Assembly: GCA_963835575.1 (NCBI GenBank)
Contig: CAWIGG010000004.1
Location: forward strand, 896,001 to 960,000
Direction: 5' to 3'
Source: an uncultured Spirochaetota bacterium
Lineage (GTDB): Bacteria > Spirochaetota > Brevinematia > Brevinematales > JAOACQ01
DNA: 64,000 nt
The translations under genes and the position numbers were made by a program. The notes beneath the pieces are model-generated. The model saw only the letters and a program-made list of their open reading frames with translations. It had not been told where the DNA came from and ran no database searches. This document shows positions 56,878 through 64,000 of the stretch, in pieces (within the stretch, counting starts at the first letter, position 1; the number at the start of each line of letters is the position of its first letter).

Positions 56878-57882
56878 TTATGTCAAAGACACCAGCTTTT
56901 CATAAGTTGAGATGATCCTGTCCATCATTTCGTTTGTCTTATTGTTTATGACTTTTTTATCCGGATTGGCTTCAAACCATGCCAGCGTCCTCCTGATGCC
57001 TTCGGAAAATGGAATGACCGCTTTAAATTCCGGGACAAAGGATTTTATCTTGGAATTATCGAAAATCGCGCTTTCGGCTTTATCGCCCAGGAGTGTCCCC
57101 GTCATTGTATTGTCCAGCTTGCAGATAAAATCCGAAGGGATATGAACGATATCCGCCTTTTTGCCGAGGGCGTCCGCCAGGATCGTATAGATCTGGTCCC
57201 AGGTCAGTATTTCATCGGAAGTGATATGAAAGGAATGGCCTATCGCATGAATATTGCCGAGAAGGCCGGCGAAGCCTTTCGCGAAATCTTCCGAATGGGT
57301 CACGGTCCAGAGCGATTTACCGTCGCCATGGACTATGATTTTCCGGCCTTTGAGTATTCTGTCGGCGGTCGTGAATTCATTAAACCCGCCGATGGCTATG
57401 GGGATGACGGTTTCGTATGTCAGCGAAGGCCGTACAATCGTTACGGGAAAATTGATTTCCCTGTAGGCCAGATTGAGGAGGTATTCGCATTTTATTTTAT
57501 TTTTCGAATAATCCCAGTACGGGTTTCTGAGCGGCGTCGATTCGGTAATGACCGGATGGGACAGCGGCTTCTGGTAAACGGAAGCCGAGCTGATGAATAT
57601 ATACTGCCTCGTTTTTTCCTGGAAAAGGGAAATGTCCCTCTCGATATCTTTTTCAGTATAGGCGATCCAGTCCACAACAGCGTCCCAGTCGTTTTTCAAT
57701 AGTTCGGGAGGCAGACTTTTCGGGCTCGATATATCGCCTATGATCGTTTTTACTCCGTCGATTTTCATCTTCCGCGTTCCGCGGTTTAAATGATAGAGCT
57801 GTATGCCGCGGGCGGCGCAGAGGCGGCTGACCGCCGAGCTGATATTTCCGGTGCCGCCGATGAATAATACTTTCATTTTCAC
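56878..57882 (-). CDS. NAD-dependent epimerase/dehydratase family (atypical SDR)
   Basis: FIGGTGNIS, FISSASVY, YS.NK, TIVRPS.TY. Confidence 0.88.
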   Translation of the reverse strand: MKMKVLFIGGTGNISSAVSRLCAARGIQLYHLNRGTRKMKIDGVKTIIGDISSPKSLPPELLKNDWDAVVDWIAYTEKDIERDISLFQEKTRQYIFISSASVYQKPLSHPVITESTPLRNPYWDYSKNKIKCEYLLNLAYREINFPVTIVRPSLTYETVIPIAIGGFNEFTTADRILKGRKIIVHGDGKSLWTVTHSEDFAKGFAGLLGNIHAIGHSFHITSDEILTWDQIYTILADALGKKADIVHIPSDFICKLDNTMTGTLLGDKAESAIFDNSKIKSFVPEFKAVIPFSEGIRRTLAWFEANPDKKVINNKTNEMMDRIISTYEKLVSLT

Positions 57883-57921
57883 TCTCCGGTTTTTATTTTC
57901 ATGAGACCAATCAATTCTGTA

Positions 57922-58419
57922 TTATTTTTTATCTACTTTTCCTTCAATAATTTTCTTGAATTCCTGAATTTCACCTTCATTATTAAAATATCTCAGGGGA
58001 ATTAAAACGGCGTAGTATGTGCCCATGGACAATATGATAAAATCATGGTAATACCGGACGCTTTTGATTTCAGTCCACAGGATCATGTGCTCCCCTTTTT
58101 CGCTTTTTGTGTTGATGCCTTCATCCTTTGCCTCATATTCCTGGTCCAGATTGAGCGTCTCGTCCGCCTCGAACATCGGTTTGATCCTGATATAGTAGGA
58201 AGCGAAAAGGAAGAGCGTGATGACAAGGCTCGCGGCTATGGCGACGGCGAGATTGGCGGCCAGCGGGTTAATACCGAACCTGCCGGCCAGAGACGATCCG
58301 AATTTGAACATGAAGCTTCCGGCGAAAAGCACGGCAAAAATCAACACATATCGTGTTCTGGCGTAAAGCAGATGGTAGCGCCTGTATTCCTCCAGGGTAA
58401 GCTTTCCTTTGAAAATCAT
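57922..58419 (-). CDS. YcxB-family membrane protein
   Basis: Two TM segments followed by W..I and IP.RYF pattern. Confidence 0.7.
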   Translation of the reverse strand: MIFKGKLTLEEYRRYHLLYARTRYVLIFAVLFAGSFMFKFGSSLAGRFGINPLAANLAVAIAASLVITLFLFASYYIRIKPMFEADETLNLDQEYEAKDEGINTKSEKGEHMILWTEIKSVRYYHDFIILSMGTYYAVLIPLRYFNNEGEIQEFKKIIEGKVDKK

Positions 58420-58447
58420 TTCTCATTTACCTCTTTTTTTAATTTGT

Positions 58448-59620
58448 CTAATGAGTAAAGAGCCTGATGCCGGTATGGAACATCACCATGCCGTATTCAC
58501 CGGCGGCTTTGACGCAGTCTTCGTCGCGGATGGAGCCGCCCGGCTGTGCTATATACTTTACATTACTTCTATAAGCCCTGTCAATATTATCCCTGAATGG
58601 AAAGAATGCGTCTGAAGAAAGGCATACGCCGTCAAACTGTTTTATAAAATTTTCTTTTTCTAGAGGATTGATAAGTTCCGGCTTTTTTGTGAGGCTGGCA
58701 GTCATGATCGTCTTTTCATTTTCCGAGAGCTCATCCCAGAGCAGGACCTGATCGACCAGATTGGCCTTTTCGGGTTTTTTGAGATTTTCCTTAAACGCCA
58801 GATCGAGGACTTTCGGATGCTGCTGGAGGAACCATTTGTCCGCCTTGGAACAGGCGAGCCTCACGCAGTGGACCCTGGACTGCTGTCCGGCGCCGGCCCC
58901 GATAACCTGCCCGTCATAGGCTATGCAGACGGAATTGGATTGAGTGTATTTCAGTGCGATAGTCGCGACAATGAGCGTCTGGAGTATATCCCGGCTGAGG
59001 TCCTTATTTTTCGTAACGATATTTTTAAAGAAGTTTTGATCGATTTTAACCGTATTTCTATTCTGCTGAAGTTTAAAACCGAAAAGCTCCCTGGTTTCAA
59101 TCTCAGGGCCGTCATAACCGGGGTCCATTTCCAGTATGAGGTAGCCGCCGTTCTTTTTTGTTTTCAATATTTTCAGCGTCTCAGGATCATATCCGGGCGC
59201 TATGATCAAATCAGACACCTCGGTTTTCAGGATTTCCGCCAATACTGCGTCGGCTTTCCCGCTCACGGCGGCCGCGTCGCCGAAGGCGCACATCCTGTCG
59301 CCGCCCCTTGCCCGCACATAAGCCGTCGAGACAGGTGATAAATCCGCTGTATCTATAAACTGGGATTTTCTATAAGTTTCTGTCAAAGGTTTCGCTATGG
59401 CCGCGCCTGCCGGGCTTGTGTGCTTAAATGAAGCCGCGCTTTCAATGCCCGTCGCGTCTTTTAGTTCTTTGACAAGCTGCCATGCCGATAAAGCGTCCAG
59501 GATATTGATATAGCTCGGCTTGCCGTTCAAAACTTTTAAAGGCATTTCCCTGCCGCCAAACAGTACTTTCGCGTTTTTCTGATGCGGATTACAGCCGTAC
59601 TTCAGTTCTAAAATAGACAT
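58448..59620 (-). CDS. AICAR transformylase, stand-alone form lacking the IMP cyclohydrolase domain
   Basis: Starts at LKYGCNPHQ; SFKH.SP, LKYTQSNSV, GQQSRVHC, SDAFFPF, QPGGS.RD. Confidence 0.9.
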   Translation of the reverse strand: MSILELKYGCNPHQKNAKVLFGGREMPLKVLNGKPSYINILDALSAWQLVKELKDATGIESAASFKHTSPAGAAIAKPLTETYRKSQFIDTADLSPVSTAYVRARGGDRMCAFGDAAAVSGKADAVLAEILKTEVSDLIIAPGYDPETLKILKTKKNGGYLILEMDPGYDGPEIETRELFGFKLQQNRNTVKIDQNFFKNIVTKNKDLSRDILQTLIVATIALKYTQSNSVCIAYDGQVIGAGAGQQSRVHCVRLACSKADKWFLQQHPKVLDLAFKENLKKPEKANLVDQVLLWDELSENEKTIMTASLTKKPELINPLEKENFIKQFDGVCLSSDAFFPFRDNIDRAYRSNVKYIAQPGGSIRDEDCVKAAGEYGMVMFHTGIRLFTH

Positions 59621-59645
59621 AAATCCCCTCTTTTAAATTATTTTC

Positions 59646-60434
59646 TTAACCGATCCGCAGACAGCGCATGCTGAGCGAGCTGAACACTTCCTCATAAGTA
59701 AATGTGATTTCTTCATCATGTTCAGTCAGGGCCAGGCTGTACAATAAGGGCGCATAATGGTCGACCGTCGGGACAGACATCTGCGCCGCATGGCCCGCCT
59801 TTTCATAATGAATAAGGCTGTTGAAGTCCCTCTTATTGATTTTATCCGCAACCCATGCGTCAAATTCAACGGCCCAGTCATAAGGCGACAGGTCTTCTTT
59901 CGTATAAATCATACGGAGATTATGGACGATATTCCCGCTGCCTATGATCAGGACTTCTTTATTCCGGAGCGGCTTGAGCCTTCCGGCAAGGTCATAGTGG
60001 TACTGCATGGGTTTGTAAAAATCGATGCTGAGCTGAAAGCATGGAATATCCGCTTTCGGGAAGAGGTGCCTGAGTATGCTCCATGCGCCATGGTCCAGGC
60101 CCCATTCGTTATCTTCCTTAACCTGAGGAAGCAGTTTCAGGACTTCGCCGGCGTAACCGGGCGCGCCGGGCGCGGGATATATAACCTGATAAAGTTCATC
60201 CGGGAAGCCGTAAAAATCATAGATTGTTTCCGGCTTCTTATTCATACTGACATATGTGTTATCAGTCAGCCAGTGCGCGGATATGACAAGTACGGCTGAC
60301 GGCTTTTGTTTTAATTCCCGGCTCATTATCTCCAGGCTTTTTGTAAAAGGGTTTGCCTCAATCGCGTTCATCGGGCTGCCATGGCCGATAAAGAACACGG
60401 GCATCGGTTTGGAGCTTTGAATTTTTAACGGCAT
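59646..60434 (-). CDS. ygiD: 4,5-DOPA dioxygenase-type extradiol dioxygenase
   Basis: GHGSPMNA, SAHW, YDFYGFP, GLDHGAW, GSGNIVHNL. Confidence 0.9.
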   Translation of the reverse strand: MPLKIQSSKPMPVFFIGHGSPMNAIEANPFTKSLEIMSRELKQKPSAVLVISAHWLTDNTYVSMNKKPETIYDFYGFPDELYQVIYPAPGAPGYAGEVLKLLPQVKEDNEWGLDHGAWSILRHLFPKADIPCFQLSIDFYKPMQYHYDLAGRLKPLRNKEVLIIGSGNIVHNLRMIYTKEDLSPYDWAVEFDAWVADKINKRDFNSLIHYEKAGHAAQMSVPTVDHYAPLLYSLALTEHDEEITFTYEEVFSSLSMRCLRIG

Positions 60435-60671
60435 AAAAACCCCGGCTCGGTACTCTTTTCCGAATTACTGCTAATTACTGATACTGATAATAAAAATTAT
60501 AATCAAATGCATGTAAAAACTCAAAAAAATCGGAAAAATCAAAAAAAGCGCCGGCCCTTTTACCGGCCCAAAGCGCATGGCTTCCCTTTGAGTTAGTTAT
60601 AAAGCTATGCGTTAGATTGACAAAACCGGTCAATTTCATAATAATCTATATTATTATAAAAGGGGAATAAT

Positions 60672-62447
60672 ATGCTCGGGAAGATCAGCGTCCTGTTACT
60701 GATAATATTCGGCGCTTTAAAATGGGCCTATTCCGATAATATAACGCTCTGCTACCACCAGTTCGATCAATCACTCCGGAACATCTATTCGGTTTTACCG
60801 GATGTTTTTGAATGGCATGTAAACTATCTCCGGGAAAATAAGATCGATATTATCACATTGGACGATATGATTAAAGATTATGCGGAGACTCAAGCGGTCG
60901 GCACCAATGTCCTGATCACCATTGATGACGGCTGGACCAACAACTTGAATATAATGTCTTTTATTCAAAAAGAAAATGTCCCGGTCACAATTTTTTTGAT
61001 CGCGAATGGAAACAATGTCAGCAATGAATATTTTTCGGCTGCAGATATTGAGAAACTCAAAACCATTCCTGAAATAAGCTTCGGCTGTCATAGCTTCAGC
61101 CATATACCGCTGGTCCGTAAAAGTGATGCGGTTCTGCAGAAAGAAGTGGTTGAATCCCGGTCCATTCTGGAAAAGATGCTGGGAAGAAAAGTCGATACCT
61201 TCGCCTATCCTTACGGCGCTTTTGACGCCAGGACGCAAAAACTGGCGGCTGAAACTTATAATCTTTCATTCGGCATAGTAGACGGGCCTAATACGATCAA
61301 TCGGACCAGGTCCGATATCCGGAGGGATGTCATCTACCGGACGACAACTTTCGGCGAATTTATCGATCTTTTGGACAATATCCGCGGCAGACAGGCGGAC
61401 AAAGGGTATCATGTGGTGAATCTGGGCGCCGGGTCCGAAAAGATCCGTTATTTTAATTATGTTAAAGTACGCCTTTATGAGTTTCCCGTCAAAAAGAGCA
61501 AAAAAACCTTTCTTATCATTCCCGGGACTGCTATCGGCCCGGCCTGGTTTTATAAAACAATCGACAGCCTCACAAATTCGGGAATTCAGACCTGCGTCAT
61601 GGTCCCCAGAAACAATAATATACCATTCTGGAGACCGGACCGGGAAATGAGTGTGATCACCAACTGGACGCTGGATGTTTTTCAGAAGGACTTGAAAAGT
61701 ACGCTGGATTACCTGAATAAAGATGACCGGGATATTGTGGTTTTAACCTGGAACGATGGTTTTGACATCCTGGTCTCTACCCTTCTCCGCTATAAGGACA
61801 GCGGCTCGAAAATCAAGGGCATATTCGGCATCAATCCTTCCCTGCGTGAAGCCCCGGATATTAAAGACTTTTTCGGCAAACGGCTGGAAGATTACAACCG
61901 GAAGGTTTCGACCGGAGATTTTACAAATGAATCGCTCCATTTCTTTCTCACTGTCAAAACACTGTCGGATATGGCGATCCTGAAGCCGGACCGGATCAGT
62001 CCTTTTTCTTTTCACATGGGTTACGGTATAAAATCAAATTATGATCTGCTCAAGGCATTCATTGATGATCAGTCTGACCCGGACCTGTCGCTGGACAATC
62101 TCGATGAGGATTATACCATGAAGGAATTCCACAACGCTTTTTTTAAACCGCTGCCGGTATTCAGCATGGTCATTCCGGTGTCGCTGGAACGGGATATCAG
62201 CGAAATCTGGACCAATCGGTTTACATGGCAGGAAAAGCAGATTACCGGAAAGGAAAACCTGAAAATCCCCGTGTTTTATATCTATTCAACCGGCCATCAA
62301 ACCGCTTTTGCCCGGCTGACCAATACATTCAACGGTCTGGAACTGGAAGGAGACATTTATTACGAAGGGTTATCCACCGTGGAAATGCTTTTATCTTCCT
62401 TCGTTTCCGATGATGTTACAAATAAACTCATGAAATGGTTGAAATAG
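60672..62447 (+). CDS. Exported polysaccharide deacetylase (CE4) fused to an alpha/beta-hydrolase-like domain
   Basis: Signal peptide; YH, TIDDG, HSFSH, FAYPYG. The C-terminal ~350 aa has hydrolase-like topology but no GxSxG. Confidence 0.75.
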   Translation: MLGKISVLLLIIFGALKWAYSDNITLCYHQFDQSLRNIYSVLPDVFEWHVNYLRENKIDIITLDDMIKDYAETQAVGTNVLITIDDGWTNNLNIMSFIQKENVPVTIFLIANGNNVSNEYFSAADIEKLKTIPEISFGCHSFSHIPLVRKSDAVLQKEVVESRSILEKMLGRKVDTFAYPYGAFDARTQKLAAETYNLSFGIVDGPNTINRTRSDIRRDVIYRTTTFGEFIDLLDNIRGRQADKGYHVVNLGAGSEKIRYFNYVKVRLYEFPVKKSKKTFLIIPGTAIGPAWFYKTIDSLTNSGIQTCVMVPRNNNIPFWRPDREMSVITNWTLDVFQKDLKSTLDYLNKDDRDIVVLTWNDGFDILVSTLLRYKDSGSKIKGIFGINPSLREAPDIKDFFGKRLEDYNRKVSTGDFTNESLHFFLTVKTLSDMAILKPDRISPFSFHMGYGIKSNYDLLKAFIDDQSDPDLSLDNLDEDYTMKEFHNAFFKPLPVFSMVIPVSLERDISEIWTNRFTWQEKQITGKENLKIPVFYIYSTGHQTAFARLTNTFNGLELEGDIYYEGLSTVEMLLSSFVSDDVTNKLMKWLK

Positions 62448-62451
62448 CAGT

Positions 62452-63636
62452 ATGGCTGCAAAGAGTCGGATTAAGACAAAACCCAATCCTCCCGGCGCGA
62501 AAGATGATAAAGGCATAATAATTGAAAAACCATCCGGGCAGAATCCCGAAAGACTTGCTTCTCTGGACGCCCTCAGAGGTTTTGTTATGTTCTGGATCAT
62601 CGGAGGAGACGATATATTAAATAACATCGCGCTTATTATCCATAACAGGGTTTTCAGCAATATTACGGTCTATTTCACACAGCATGTAAAGTGGGAAGGG
62701 TTCCACTTTTACGATCTGATTTTTCCTCTGTTCCTGTTTCTATCCGGGGTCAGTATCGCTTTTTCAATTAAAAACCGCCTCGATAAAGGCATGGAGAAAA
62801 AAATCCTGCTGTTAAAGATCATAAAAAGAACTCTCATACTATTTGCTCTTGGGTTGATATTCTACGGAGCCCTGCAGTTCAAAGGATTTGAGCATGTCCG
62901 TATTTTCGGGGTCCTACAGCGGATAGCGCTCGGTTATTGTTTCGCCGCTTTAATCGTGCTTTACACAAATATGAGGGTGCAGATTACTGTGTCCGTCATT
63001 ATTTTACTCATCTATTGGGCCCTTCTGAAGCTTATTCCCGTGCCCGGCTTCCCGCCCGGGACGCTGACTATCAATGGAAATTTAGTCGGATATATCGACC
63101 GGTCTTTATTCCTGCCCGGCCAGCTCCTCTGGCGCACATTTGATCCCGAAGGCCTTTTGTCGACGCTGCCGGCAATTTCCACGGCTCTCCTGGGAGTGTT
63201 CACGGGCTATTGGCTCAAATCGGGGCAGAAAGAAATTATTAAAACAGCGGGTTTATTCGGCAGCGGGGCCGTTTTATTGATAACCGGCTCTATCTGGGGT
63301 ATTTTCTTTCCGGTCGTAAAAAACCTCTGGACCAGCTCTTTTGTCCTTGTGGCAGGCGGGTGGAGCCTTTTATACCTGGGCTTGTTTTATCTTCTGATCG
63401 ATGTGTTGAAGCTGAAAAAATGGGCGTTTATTTTTATCATTATAGGGGTCAACTCAATAACCATTTATGTCGGTCAGGAAATTATTAGTTTTTACGGTAT
63501 TACCGGATATTTTGTCAATGGGATTCTGAAATGGATACCCTTTCAACGCGGATTGATATTGGCATGCTGTATTTTAACCGTAAAATTATTATTTCTGGCA
63601 TTCTTAAAAAGGCATAAAATCTATTTGAGAGTATAG
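62452..63636 (+). CDS. Heparan-alpha-glucosaminide N-acetyltransferase-like (NagX/HGSNAT) membrane protein
   Basis: RLASLDALRG, DLIFPLFLF..G, GVLQRIA, DPEGLLST, KNLWTSSF. Confidence 0.9.
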   Translation: MAAKSRIKTKPNPPGAKDDKGIIIEKPSGQNPERLASLDALRGFVMFWIIGGDDILNNIALIIHNRVFSNITVYFTQHVKWEGFHFYDLIFPLFLFLSGVSIAFSIKNRLDKGMEKKILLLKIIKRTLILFALGLIFYGALQFKGFEHVRIFGVLQRIALGYCFAALIVLYTNMRVQITVSVIILLIYWALLKLIPVPGFPPGTLTINGNLVGYIDRSLFLPGQLLWRTFDPEGLLSTLPAISTALLGVFTGYWLKSGQKEIIKTAGLFGSGAVLLITGSIWGIFFPVVKNLWTSSFVLVAGGWSLLYLGLFYLLIDVLKLKKWAFIFIIIGVNSITIYVGQEIISFYGITGYFVNGILKWIPFQRGLILACCILTVKLLFLAFLKRHKIYLRV

Positions 63637-63820
63637 GAAAATAATCAGACAATAATATTTTCATAGACTAAAATTCTTTTTATGGTTTGTCCTCCAGCCG
63701 GTGATTCTTATTCAGGCCTTACTGAAAAACGCCGGCCTATCCCTGAAAAACGTCCGTCTTATCCCTGCCGATGAAAAGATCGTCGCTACCGCATTTTAAC
63801 CTATTTACATTTTAATATTT

Positions 63821-64000
63821 TTATTTTGCTTTTAAATATATTTTTGTGGATGTAAAAGCACGTGCATCCATGTTCCCATTAAAGTTGATTGTATGGCTTG
63901 GTGTTTTTGTTCCTTTCTCATTAATGAGTTCATAACCACTCGTTAAAGCATGTTCAATCATTGCTTTTTCAACTAAATTAATGCACTTTTCTGCTTGCTG
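63821..64000 (-). CDS. 3' end of a hypothetical protein running off the window
   Basis: Open frame QQAEKCINLVEKAMIEHALTSGYELINEKGTK...IYLKAK*. Confidence 0.55.
   Translation of the reverse strand, partial: QQAEKCINLVEKAMIEHALTSGYELINEKGTKTPSHTINFNGNMDARAFTSTKIYLKAK

Noticed and set aside
1..64000. CRISPR array, rRNA, tRNA
   Set aside because: No regularly spaced identical repeats with unique spacers and no recognisable rRNA or tRNA sequence. The 9-mer repeats are tandem, degenerate and inverted.

Overview
Bacterial chromosomal segment. The gene style (FecR-PEGA-PQQ protein, lipoproteins, P13-like membrane proteins) suggests a spirochaete, but that is inference. From left to right: (1) a hyf-like Ehr (hydrogenase-related) membrane complex whose large subunit lacks the Ni-binding motifs and which has no small-subunit gene after it; (2) a ~12 kb variable region, all on the minus strand, with an ABC-ATPase/TOPRIM (OLD-like) gene, a frameshifted type IIG/ISP-like restriction-modification enzyme, hicBA and higBA-like toxin-antitoxin pairs, two ~96% identical RlmL-like methyltransferases and two orphan genes; (3) typA; (4) two paralogous giant Ser/Thr kinase-AAA-GAF sensors with GGDEF and PP2C outputs, bracketed by a 28-bp duplication of the folE 3' end; (5) a pterin operon (oxidoreductase, phhB, folM-like, folB, folK, folE); (6) two intact IS elements, each with terminal inverted repeats and a target-site duplication; (7) an ECF sigma/FecR surface-signalling locus; (8) hsmA-like, archease and rtcB genes; (9) housekeeping genes. 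The most unusual signals are non-coding. One is a family of ~9-nt-period inverted-repeat arms that forms compact hairpins at three sites and also brackets the 9.4 kb defence/TA cargo. The other is a recurring layout in which accessory cargo sits between diverged direct copies of its neighbouring sequence. No rRNA, tRNA, CRISPR array, integrase or reverse transcriptase was seen. All family calls come from motif recognition by eye, without database searches.
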